64,000 nucleotides of DNA from Camelus dromedarius. Taxonomy: Eukaryota. The position numbers and the translations under genes were made by a program. The number at the start of each line of letters is the position of its first letter. The stretch's first letter is position 1. The stretch covers positions 101,124,001 through 101,188,000 of the forward strand of contig NC_087436.1 of NCBI RefSeq assembly GCF_036321535.1. The letters run 5' to 3'. Below the pieces are notes generated by a model. The model saw nothing but the letters and a program-made list of their open reading frames with translations. It was not told where the DNA came from and ran no database searches. Positions 52,081 to 64,000 of this stretch are shown piece after piece.

Positions 52081-54027
52081 CAAACATTCTCCAATTTATC
52101 TCTGTCAAACCTTTGCTCTTTATCTTAAACGGCTAAGCTCTTCACCCTCAAATGGTAAAGAATAATGTCTAAAAGAAGTAGACACCGTCGTCTAAAAGCC
52201 AGCAACATGAATATGTTGAATGTCCTACTACGTTTTAAGAGACTATTAAAGTGGGAAAGACAAGGAATTTTATAAAGTAGGGGTTTTTTATTATTATTTT
52301 GGTCACATAAAAATATTCAATACAATGGAATTATACAGTTTGTAGACTTATAACTTATTATAATAGCATAAATAAAGACAAAAATCCCTGTAAGAGTATA
52401 GATAGGGTACCTTTCAGTTGATTGTCACATAGAAAGAAGAGGTAAAAATTCCGACTATAAAGTTAATCAGCAAGATAAGAGAAATGAATACAAATACCAA
52501 AGAACAATAGTTTCAAAATTATTATGGCACATGGTGACCACAAAAAATATGTAATACTTCAGTCTGTTTTAAATACTCACTATTCTATGATATATGATGA
52601 CTTGTTACATAATTTCGATCGAAGGAAAGTGGAAAAAAAATACATGTAACTTATTAGAAGATTAATAAGTTGTAGTCAGAAAACAAATATTTCCCGAGTC
52701 TCATCTCCAAGAGCATCCGTGATTCACATCCTCTGTCACTGAGTGAAGAGCACAACTTTCCAACTGTCTTCAAACTGACTTCACAGGAGCCTACTCTCAT
52801 TATTTTTCAGACATTGCTACCATCTTAATTTAAATGGCTCAATTGCATTAAATATTACACATAATTGGAGAGCCGTTGCAGTAGTCATTCTATTTTTAGA
52901 ACTGCTTCCTTTGTGAATAATAATCTTTCATAACAATCATGACCCATGTGAAATGGCTTTACTCTATCTCTTTATATTCTAGGTAACAAACCAAAGTGCA
53001 AATGTCAAGCATTAAATTTTACCTCCTTCCACTTATATATGTACACACGCACACAAATGCATACATATACACTCACACCCATACAAAAATTAGACTTTAT
53101 ATAGTATCTTCAACTGAGCAGGTAACTGTAATGCAAAGAGGTATTTCCTGCATGCAATTCATCTTTAATAAAATTCAAAAAGCCCTCCTCTGCATACGTA
53201 AATGCATAGGACCACAAATTTAAAAGGCCAGTTTCCTATTGATATAATGGCCATACATTCCTTTAACACTTACGGGGTTTACGTTAAATTCAGTCAGAAA
53301 TTGGTAAAATGTCTGTGAGAAATATTGGGATCTTCTGCTTTTATACCATAATAAGTGATGTTTCAACAAATATCAGAATGACCTAAATTTTATTTTCTCT
53401 CGTGTCCACTATTTTCTCACTTTCCCTGATTGGCAGAAGTATTTCTTCCTCGGCCCTCATTAAATAGCATTGAACAGCATAACTTTCTCGGAATTCAGTC
53501 CTGAGGTATACATTTCCATTTTCTTTGTTGATCTAGCACAGGCTCAGGTGATTTCTACAGAATGCATTCAATTAATTCAAGCAAAGCAAATTAAATCACA
53601 TCTATACTAATCACGTTATTAACCATAAACAGTAACAGGATACATGTCTCCACTCTTTGCTTGAGTCCATTCAAGTGCAAACCGAAGGAAAGGGACTTCC
53701 TGTTCTTCTTTTCATACTCCTGAGATGATGATTTTTTATTCTGTTTCTCCACAGTAATTGACAAGATTGCAAAACCTCTCTCACATCCCTTCTTTATTCC
53801 ATACTGAGTGCTTGATTTTCTTTTTCAGTTGTTTGCAAAGTATAGTTTGATTCCTTTTTTGCAGAGATTTTATTTTAAAGCCATTTTTGTTTTCTTCAAA
53901 ATCAGAGCTTCATTTTAATCAGCTAGCGGTCCTGCCCCTTGGGAATCGATTTCTTTCTACACAAGACAAATTCAAGTCTTTTGGGATCCAACACACTGAG
54001 TTGGAACATTAGATGTATTTCACTTAC

Positions 54028-54097
54028 GAGCACATACATTCATTTTACACGATTCCTCAATGTGGCCAGGGGGGTTCGTGGTCTGCACTGTATCCAC
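54028..54097 (-). other. Candidate 70-nt cassette exon
   Basis: Minus strand: atatttttgtattttttatag|GTGGATACAG...GTATGTGCTC|gtaagtg, in unique (non-repeat) sequence. Confidence 0.35.
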
Positions 54098-55559
54098 CTA
54101 TAAAAAATACAAAAATATATGTCTGCTTTACAGGGATGTGAGTAGGGTTTTGCTAGCCTAGTTCCAAAGCTTGGATGCACATCTTGACTGATAGTATTCC
54201 TTCCGTCTTTAAGATGTATTTGCAGTGGCCATAACTTCTTTCAGAAGTCAAGGAGACATAACAGCTCCAGCTACAACTAACAACCCTGGGGCATCGAGAT
54301 CAATACTGCTGGGCTAATCTCTTGGATGCTATCTCTGACAAGAGATATTTGCATGGTAAAAGAAACACGGAATTAACTGTGTTTCGGGCTTCAAGTATTT
54401 GAAGGCTCTGAAGTGTCACCAGGAGATGGGCGGTCAGGGGAGGGGGAGTTGTTGGTTTTATTTACACTGGAAATACAAATAAGATTGAAATGGTAATTTT
54501 GTTACCACTGCTTTTACAATTTACTGTCCCTAAGATCTCAGGAAGTGAGCTTGATCTGAATGTTCACACCTTTCAAAGTAGCTCTTAGTCTCTAAATGCA
54601 ATTATCACACAGCTCACTGTCTACAGAAATCTGAGCAATTTACATGCTATCAACAAATGGTCTGCTGATCTCTGGTCAAGGATGAATTACTCTCCCTTTC
54701 AAAGTCATGACCATAAAAAGACAATGTTTTCCACAAATAAAAGTGATGATAATACTCCTTCAAAATGTTTTGGTGCTAAGGTGAGTTTTAAATAGTGTTG
54801 AATATTTATTTCTTTGAACTTGAGCCTGACCAGTTGGCTTATTTTTCCTCTCAGTGCCAAAAGGTACACAGAATACTCTTTCCAGTTTGATGGTGAAATT
54901 GATGTCAGTAAAACCTTTCATGAGTTTGAATATTGCCGAAAAGACAATAAATCACTTCCATAAACTAAAAGTGATATAGTTCGCTACCGAAAGAATTAGA
55001 ATCCTTAAGAATTAGAATTTTTAAAAATCAGTATCGTGCTAATTTCCAGTGTCACAACACATCAGCACGTGAGAATCAAAATTAGAAAAGACGTAGATTA
55101 TTTCTTTCACTGAATAATCAACCAATTAATTTTTGAAAGTAAATGATGTAAAAAAAATAATGATTAATTTTTAATTATATTCAAGAGAAGACAATGTTTA
55201 AAAATGGCTCTGACTGCAGATTATCCATATACGCTGTATAAATCTAAGCAGCTATGAAATGTCTTAATTTTTTTAATTAAATTTTTTATCTTTCCTTAGA
55301 AATAGAATTAATATTTTTTCTTCCTTTAGTAGCTCTAAACGTTAACATAACTTGGGATGCTCAGGCTAATTACACAAGAAGCACAAATTTACCAAGGAAT
55401 TGATGATAAAGTGAGTCTTTATGATTTAAACTGTAAGTTTAAAATGAACATAGTTTATCTTATGTTTATATTTCATCTATATATGTTGTTGCCACAGCAT
55501 TTATCAAATATTTCAGTTTAACTATTTTTACTAAGTTATTCATTTAACATTTTCATCCT

Positions 55560-55675
55560 CCATAAGGCTACAGTGCACTCCACGAGGGCAAACATCACGT
55601 CCACTGTTTACTGCTTCATTCTCCGTGTTGGCACATAGTTGGCCCTCAATAATTATTGCTTTAATAAGTGAATGA
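55560..55675 (+). mobile_element. L2 3' end
   Basis: ctccacgagggcaaacatcacgtcc...tggcacatagttggccctcaataattattg...aagtgaatga. Confidence 0.65.
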
Positions 55676-56364
55676 CTGTTTGGGACTGGCTAATTAAGGA
55701 AATCATATTACTTGTCACATCACAGTATCACTTTTATCTAATTTTAATATTTTGAAATCATGTGGTTATCTTTGACTTTCTATTATTTATCATATGATAG
55801 ATTATGGAAGAGAGGCTTTTTTTAACTGTAGTAAATGCTCTTTATTTTACTGGCATATTATTTTTTCCTAATTCTTTCTTAAATTTAGTCTGTCCATCTA
55901 AAATTTCATTAACCTTCTCTTTTTAATTCTTTCTATATAATAGTCATTATTTTCTTTCCTTAAAGGAAAGATACTATCTAAGACTTTCTGCAAGGTTTTA
56001 AATAAATGAATAAACAAGTAAAAAAATAGAAAATCAGAGGTGTCCAAATGTTTCATTTTCTATTTTCAAGACCTGACATACTTTTAATTTAACATATCCA
56101 AGAAAGAGAATGCATTTAAGTAATACCGTCACTATTCTGCCATGCAGCATAATGAAATCCTCTTATTAAAATGTTCTTGAGGAACAGAACGCTCTCATTT
56201 CATAAATTAACTATGTAAGGGCAGGTTTCACGTTTTTGTGGTTTTAAGCTTTGATGCACTGAATAAACGCATCTATGTACTAATATCCACCTGTCACTAA
56301 AGCCAAGAAAAACGGACTCTTTCCTCACCATTAAAGATTCATGTTTAAAAACAAAAGCGCTCAC

Positions 56365-56412
56365 CTCAAATCATTTATTGAGTCTGTGGAGAACTACTTA
56401 GGAATCACTATT
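56365..56412 (-). other. 48-nt non-coding internal exon, probably 5' UTR of a large minus-strand gene (tentatively ZBTB20)
   Basis: Minus strand: ccctgaccctcaccaacaattgttttcag|AATAGTGATTCCTAAGTAGTTCTCCACAGACTCAATAAATGATTTGAG|gtgagc. It has a branch-like ctgac, a strong donor and stops in all three frames. The ZBTB20 link is from memory of its many small 5' UTR exons and is unverified. Confidence 0.55.
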
Positions 56413-56659
56413 CTGAAAACAATTGTTGGTGAGGGTCAGGGTGGAAATGGATGTTACCAGTATGTGTTTGTTTTGATTTGAATCAGCTAATTAAGATGGC
56501 CCTGGAAGCAATTTTCAGATCACTGCTACTGAGGAGACAGGCTCCAGTAAATCAGTCCGAACCAATCTCTGAGTCAGGTCCAATTCTGCTGGAGTCGTAT
56601 AGATGCAGCCTTTGTCTTCCCCTTTCAGCCTTTCTCCTCAATTTGCTCTATTACCCATG

Positions 56660-56741
56660 CACAGACACACAGACACACAGACACACAGACACAGACACAC
56701 TACACACACACACACACACTACACACACACACACACACACA
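56660..56741. repeat. Compound (CA)n/(CAGACACA)n microsatellite
   Basis: Read directly from the sequence. Confidence 0.95.
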
Positions 56742-57659
56742 ATGAGATGAAACCAAGTCATTCCTGGAGCGCGTTTCACCAGGCCATCTCTGTATCTCAC
56801 TCAGTTTCCATTTCCATTTCCTAACCACAGAGACTGAAATAAGCTTGGAATTTAATTATCAAAAATTATCAGAAAAAAAGTCAACTTATAAAAGCTTTGT
56901 TCTCCTTTTCCCGACTTCCCTGGTCAAGAACTGGTGACTCGCACTAGGAAAAGGAGCTGAATTCCACACAGAACAGGAATGGGATTCAGACTCAGGGGCA
57001 AGAACACACTAAATACTCACACAAAGGAATCAACACACTCTTGACAGTTCTGAAAAAAAACTTCCAAACCATACTCAAGGAAATACATGTATTTTGAGAG
57101 GAATATGTATCTATTTTCTACTTATTTCTATTAGGTATGCTTCAAAACTAAATCACACACCTACATAATTGGTGTAGAATGTGCAAGTGTCTGTTGAATG
57201 TGTTTGCATGTAATTGGCAATATGTAAAAAGCGTCTATGAATATTCATAATCTTTTTCCCCAGACTGATGTTCAGATCTAGGGAAAAGTAAAAGGTATCA
57301 AATGAAAAACAGAGCCGATTCCATGACAGAGAAAACCAGATTGATGGTAGTTTCTGCAATCTAGGAACAGGAAGTGGATATTTGTATTTTAGAGCAAAAA
57401 TTCACGATATAGGAGCTGAACCAGGGCAGGGCCATTATCAACACTGAACATTTATCTATGTTTTAAACAAATACTGGCAAATCATTTGAAATAGAAAGCG
57501 GGACACAAGGTAAACACAGGATTTGGTGAAAGGACTATGAGAACGACAATTCTGGATGGTATTTTGGTGTTTTACTTTATTTTGATTTTATATAAATGAT
57601 GTACCAAAACTCGTCAATTATGATTATTAGCTACTATATCACCTATATAGATGTTTATT

Positions 57660-57860
57660 ACAAGATTACACTTAATTATCTAACTTAACCTCACAAAGTC
57701 CTTGTGAAGTAGCAATTATAATTTTGCTCATTTTACATATGAGGGAATTAAAGAGAGCTTAATTTTCTTGCATAAAAATCACATAGATAATGGTAGAATC
57801 AGGGCCCCAAACCAAGACATTTGGCTCCTACTCAAAGATTTTCTTCTTCTACATTATGTC
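57660..57860 (-). mobile_element. MIR SINE
   Basis: ttaacctcacaaagtccttgtgaagtag...ctcattttacatatgaggga...atcacatagataatggtagaatcaggg. Confidence 0.7.
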
Positions 57861-60094
57861 TTCTCATAATTATTTCTTAAATCTGACTTGGAATCTTTTA
57901 AAAAATAAACAGCTACATCATAACTGCAAATATCTCCATTTTTGCCACAGTTTAAGAAATAATAAGCAAAATTATGCTGATTTTTAGTTTATTCCTAAAC
58001 TACTATAAATGAATGTGTTATGAAGCTCAGTCCTAGAAGCCTATGTATTTATCAGACTCAGGATTCCATCATAATTACTTAAATTTGTGAATATATAAGA
58101 AACAGCTTCAGCATACTCGAAAATCGTCCAAACTGCCAAAAAAAAAAAGGAGAGGAACGGAACACAGAAGACAAATCCCATCCAATCAAAGAAAGGATGT
58201 TTATACCCATTTACACCTGTAAACGTGCACACACACAGGAAGGCCATTCATCAGCACTGTTTAATCTACACTCTTCAGAAAAGAGGGCTGTTAGATTGGG
58301 AGTCAACGACGACTGGCCATGGAAGGAAAGGGCTGGACAATACCATATCGCATCCTAGGAATTGTACTCGGCCCTGACTACAGAATACGAATGATCTGGG
58401 GCCTAACAAGAGAATGCAGTAGGTTGGATGGCCCAGCAATCAATATGCATTGACTGGCTGACTGTGAGAATCAGGGAATCTCAGTCAGAAAGCAAGCCAA
58501 AGGTTACAGAGCCCAGTCATGCGAAAGGCACTGCCTGAGGCATGGGGGGACAGACAAAGCACCATCCCAGTTCTGAGGAATCCTTTATCTTTTGAAGAGA
58601 TATGCAAATATATACACATCAACAGATTACTAATCTTGGGGTGGGTGGGGAAGATACAAGCCCCACAGGTAAAACTAGGAGAGCCCCGAGGAGAGAACTG
58701 TGGTGAGGGGAGGAGGAAGAGGGCTCTTTGGCTAAAGAAACCTAAGTTGTGTCTTAAAAGACAGGGAAGCTTGACATCTTCCGAAATGAGGGAAAATTGC
58801 CTTCCAAGAAGAAACAAAGTTGTGAAGATCTGAGGTGAGGTCAGCAGGCAGTGAGAGAATTTCTTTGCCTAACCCAGAGATTTCCGGAATTCCACTCAAC
58901 TCCATCGAGAGCCGTTTTCTCTACTCGCTCTCCTTAGCTCAAGTCTACATATAAAAGGAACCAATGTAGTAATTAAACACCACCACCACCACCAACAAAA
59001 CTGTCCTGAACATCCTAAATTGGATGTTCAAGACAAATCAAGATAACTGTCAAAAGCCAGAGAACGCAAAAAAAAAAAAACTATTTGTTAAAACTAATGC
59101 AATTAATTTCTGCTTTAGAACAGCCTATTCTTTAATGTTAAAGTGTGTCATTCTTAATCCATGATTTTATTTTTTTCTTGTTTTTCTTCTAAATAAGTAT
59201 TTTACAGAAACACCCTTTCTGAATCAGAGAGGGACAGAGATCAATCCAGACAGACAACTGTGCACTATATAAGCAAAAACGTTAGACTGCATCCCAGCTT
59301 TCTAGTTCCAATTACGTTTGTCCAAAGTTGAGCATTAATGCATTTCCATCCTTAAAGCTTATAATAAAAATGTAAAATGATGTAAACTTAAGCTATCATC
59401 ACTATCCTTTTTGGACCATAGTATTGGTCACCTTTGGAAATAGAAGCAGAACTGGCTAGTATTCATATACCAAAGCAATAAGCTGCCTGAGAGAAACGGA
59501 GACTAGATGTTAATGAAACAAAGTGAATAGCAAACTCGGCTGTTGTTAAATGCCACTGAAATTGCAATCCTGTGCCTGAAAAATTGAGAGCTACTTGGGG
59601 AGCCTTAAAACACTCACAGAGGGGAGCAGAAAGCAGTCAAAGTGTTTCCAGATGATGGATAAACTAAGAGTTTGATCCACGAGCCAGAAAATGAAGTAAA
59701 TATCCAATGAATTAACTGAGTCTTGGAAATGTAAATGTGAGATAGGACAAAATGATAAAATCTAACCAACCAGTTTCCTGCTCGTGAAAGATAATGTTGA
59801 AAGTGTAACAACTGCCAGTGAGTATGTGGATCCTTAGTTAATAATAGATACACTTCTAAGTTGAATATAATTCTCTTTTAATATGATTTGTGGTTAACCA
59901 GCTTTAAAAAGCTATGCTTTCTGATCATCATCAGAAATTTCTAAAAATGTTTTTAGAAATACTTTCATAAATACCAAGTGGCACTGATTTAATGATCGAT
60001 ATGAGCATATTAAGTACTGACCTTCAGGACACAGAAAGGTATTATAGTAATAACTAATGCAGAAGTGTAACTTGAGAGATAAGGAAGTCACCGG

Positions 60095-60235
60095 GAATCA
60101 TCCTCTACCAAACTATTCACTTTACCAGTGATAATACTGAGGCCCCGAGGGGCGACAAGACACATTCAGTATAACACTGCAGACCTAGGATTAAAACTAA
60201 ACATCCTCACTCCTAATCAGAGGTTTATTTCCATG
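60095..60235 (-). mobile_element. MIR SINE
   Basis: tcactttaccagtgataatactgaggccccgagggg...ctaggattaaaactaaacatcctcactcc. Confidence 0.55.
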
Positions 60236-61774
60236 TATCTTATGAGAATTACATCTCAAGGAAATGGAAAGTTGGGAAATGAGATTATTTAAGTAAAGAC
60301 CAAATAGCTCTAATTTCAGTGCCTTCCAGTTGTGAAATACAGGGACGATGCACAAGTTACAGAAACTTGCTCTTCATTTATAGTGGACTTTGCATTAATG
60401 TCAGTGGGCCCCAAAAAAACAACCAATGGCGAGTGTACATTAAATACCAAAATAAGATTCTTTGTAATAAAAATGCTTTTTGCATGGGCAAAATTTGCAG
60501 AACCCTTTATTTTGGAGAGTTGGAAAAATCATAAGAAATTTTCATAGCTTCATTTCAAATTTTGGCGAGGGGCTGGTCCCAATCAATATTACATAGAACT
60601 TTTTTTAAAACGTGCTTCCTATGTAAAGGACTGTAAATCTTACACGTTAAAGTAGGTCACAAGTCTTAAAGAGCTTAATCAAAAAGCAATATGGTGTTTT
60701 TTAACATAAAAAAGATTATTTGCTCCTTTTTTACTCCTTTGTCTTATAAGTGCAGTGTGATGTATTAGTTTAATTAAACTCTACCAAATTATCATAAGGA
60801 TTTTATGTGCTGCAAATAATTGGCTTTGTTCTCTGTTCACTTTTTCTTAATGGAAGCAGAACATTTTTTTTTTTTAAATGATACTTAGTATAGGATACCA
60901 GAAAACCACTAGGAAGAAAGACAAATGAGGTACCTAATGAAGTGACCTTTGTCATCTTGGACATGAAATAAAATTAAGCCTGCACTAATGCAATCAACAT
61001 AAGTTAATGTTTCGAAAGAGTTAAAAGGATAGGTAATGTGATGGCTCTGAGCCAAACCATACCAAGAATCCTTTCATACATAAAAAATGACAATCCTATT
61101 AATATGAAAAGCCGATAGGCCGTAAAATGAAGTAAAATGTATAAATAGATCACGTTTTAAGATTTTTTTTATGGAACCCATAACGAATCAATCTTTTTCA
61201 TGGGACAGATTTAGGTGATAATCCCGATAAAACATACTACCAGCTACCTCTTTGATAAGAGACAATTTAAGCATATAATGGAGCAGACAATGAATACAGC
61301 ATATTAAATGAAAGTTGTTTCAGAAAGTAACGGTACTAACATAACTACTCTTGCCAAAGGTGAATTGGAACAAATTATAATTAAAATATACATTCATTTA
61401 TAAGACCGTCTCTAAAAGTAACATGACAAAAATTGAGAATAATCTACGAACATGAAATCAGCTAACTGATTATTTTATGGAATCTGAAAGATAGAAATGA
61501 CCAATGGCTTTCTTACAGTATAGATCTCAAAGTACATTACAGTATATGTACAAGACATAAGGGGCAATCAGCAGTGCTTCTTTTGTTAGGGGGAAAAAGA
61601 AAGCATGCGATCACTACTCATTTACTATTGTCCTGAAAGAAACATGATTTGTATGTTGCAGAATTCCTGAAAATTATTGAGCTTTTAATTCATCCTCTGA
61701 ATTACCTTTTTTTTAAAAAAAAATTCTGCTTTTCTATTCATGGCTTAATAACATGGTAAGAGTTTTCAGTTACC

Positions 61775-61987
61775 AACAATAACTAACACTGTTGAGTGTT
61801 TATGAGATCTCAGGCTAGCGGTATGTGGACTCTAGGAAGTAGATACTATCATTAGTCCCATTTAACAAAGAAGGGACTCAAGAACGGAGAAATTAACTTG
61901 CTCTGGATCACAGCATTGGAATTTTTAGCCCAAGAAGTCTCATCTCTGTGTCTGTGCTCTTAACTAGACTACACTCCACTGCCTCTC
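61775..61987 (-). mobile_element. MIR SINE
   Basis: aacactgttgagtgtttatg...aggaagtagatactatcattagtcccatttaacaaagaagg...tgtgctcttaactagactacac. Confidence 0.75.
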
Positions 61988-64000
61988 CAGTTAGCGATAC
62001 AACTGTTCTCAAAGCAGGTTTTATCAAACTTGCTACACCTTTTCAAATATACTCAACAACATTTTTCATCTAGAGAATATTATTGCATTTTTAATATATT
62101 CATAAAATGTTTAGAATCTAACCTTAGGCTTTTAAACCTCTCTCACACACGCATGTGCAAACACACACACACACACACATACACAATAATAATTACATTA
62201 TTGCATTTCTAAAAAAACATGATAGAGGCCCATAATGATATACTCAGATGGTGTTAAACTAGGAGATTCTCCTTTTCCTCTCTTTTTAAAGGGACCACTA
62301 TGTTCTAGTGAAATCCCATGACCTCAAAATGTGCCAAATAATAATTAAGCCAAGAAAATGAAAGTCTTCCCGATCCGTGAAACATGTTTTAAAGGTAATC
62401 CTCTCATTGGTTGTCTCTGAAGGAACCTTCCTAGGAAGGGGTGCTTCCTCCATGAGTGCACACGCATATTTTGAACAGATATACTTGATTTACTCTATTT
62501 GTTTTAAGCCAAAGAGTGAAAAGGGATCTTTGACAAAACTGTCATCTTTAAAACACGGTGATATTTCATTTTCCCCTTCTGCACTATTTAGATTGCCTGG
62601 AACTGAAATGCTTCCAGCGGCTCCGGTGTCCAATTTTTCAAAGCTGTCACTTTCTAGCAAATCTGCTTAAGCAAAATACTTATGTTGTTAGAAAACAGAA
62701 CAAACATACATTATAAAATACATTCTATTCTTCTTTGCAAGTCAAAGTCTTATTCAAGAATGGGAACTTGGAAAAACGTGGGGAAATAAATTAAAAGATG
62801 ACTATGATGGATTGGTTAAAGTCAATGAATCTGGTGCACCTCTGATTAGTTTCCAGGGATACACTTGGACTTAGCTCAGTAGAGTCTTCCACACAATAAT
62901 CATATAATCAAAATGTTATTTTCAGTGCATCCACTAAAGGTCATTAAACTGAAAAAGAACAAATAGAGAGGCAAATGGGACATTGAAAGATGACCATGGT
63001 TACTCTTCCTCAGATCATGTCTAGAGCAGCTATTATAATGTTCTTGTCAACCTCCCATGTCCCAGAGGGTAACGAAAAATTGCCAAGCATTTCACTTGTA
63101 GACCTCTGGCCTCTCTGAAGTGTGAGCACCATAACTCATATTCTGCAGTACCTACGTGAAAGCACAACAGTAACAAAATGCAAAATAATGATTATAAGAA
63201 TGATGTGAAAGACAGCAAAACTTGTTATCACCAATTGACTTCCAAAATGTGAGGAGAAATATGTTTTGAAAAGGTTTAGTCATATTGACTTGAAACATTA
63301 CTCAATGTTCTTAGCACAGAGTATGCTGTCTTTAATCACATGTATACATGTACTCTAAACTGTATGCATACAGATATGCAGAGTACGTATTTACCACACG
63401 TGGACCATTTTCCCTGTATGCATGATTACGCGCTTCTGGTTTAAATTAATCTTTCCAAGGATATGCAGGAAAAATTACGAAAGACTTACAATTCCTTCCA
63501 TTACTTTAAAAAGCTAGTCATGCCTCAGCAAAAGCCAAGACTGCTTATGGTGTACAATCTGAAACCCAGTTCTCTCTTGGCACTTTAACACCGGATCTGT
63601 CACCCTTTAACACCACAAAATCAATACCCTGGAATGTCATGGTTCTCTGATGGCCCACAAAGTCCAGGTGTGATCAATTTCAACTTCCTTACTAGACAGA
63701 AATAGACTTAGACAAATAAAAAAAGATTTCATTCAAGTTAAATTCAATAAAACAAAGGAATAAAGGTAGAGAGAGTCAAAGTTGTTAGAATTGAGCCCAA
63801 TAAATTTACACTTAAGTCTGGATCCTTGTTTGAATCTAACAAAATTGCACACCCTGCCAAAAGATATATATCAGATACATTTTTAAAAGCCTAGAATTTA
63901 TTGTAACCCCCAGATTAAGAAATACTATCAATTAAATATATGTTTCTTTGAATGCATTCGCTAATAAGCAGTGGGGAAAGGTGATGTCTGAGTTCTTTAT

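Noticed and set aside
48640..53760. Plus-strand acceptor-like sites (e.g. tatctcttttcag at about 48661, attctgtttctccacag at about 53754)
   Set aside because: I found no matching strong donors or coherent plus-strand exon chain.
54028..54097. Coding interpretation of the 70-nt exon (VDTVQTTNPPGHIEESCKMNVCA)
   Set aside because: One open frame in 70 nt is expected by chance, the peptide is unrecognised, and the neighbouring best exon is closed in all frames.
54990..55025. Tandem duplication aagaattagaatcctt/aagaattagaattttt
   Set aside because: An ordinary two-copy slippage duplication with no further structure.
1..64000. CRISPR arrays, operons, rRNA, snoRNA or miRNA genes, CpG-island promoter, processed pseudogenes
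   Set aside because: This is CpG-depleted mammalian intronic DNA. I see no repeat-spacer arrays, CpG island, known small-RNA sequence or mRNA-like insert; an Infernal/Rfam scan would be needed to exclude small RNAs fully.

Overview
AT-rich placental-mammal genomic DNA, not prokaryotic. Three tRNA-Ala-derived SINEs resembling the camelid Vic-1 family, plus cetartiodactyl-type L1 ends, point to a camelid (alpaca, llama or camel). I can support no protein-coding gene: the listed ORFs are chance ORFs, microsatellite translations or decayed L1/L2 sequence. The window reads as the interior of a very large gene on the minus strand. It holds one well-formed 48-nt non-coding exon (56365-56412) and several weaker cassette-exon candidates in transposon-poor stretches. 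From memory, the 48-nt exon fits the multi-exon non-coding 5' UTR of ZBTB20, but this is tentative and needs BLAST. The rest is ancient repeats (L2, MIR, MLT1D, ERVL-type LTR, MER45A, ORSL), younger L1/SINE insertions with target-site duplications (TSDs), and microsatellites. Repeat family names come from recalled consensus sequences, and ancient-repeat boundaries are approximate. The most unusual object is a ~320-bp 'mini-L1' (39563-39880): the L1 5' terminus is fused directly to the L1 3' terminus inside one TSD. A SINE-head/L1-tail composite lies at 6813-7185. I see no convincing novel multi-gene system.
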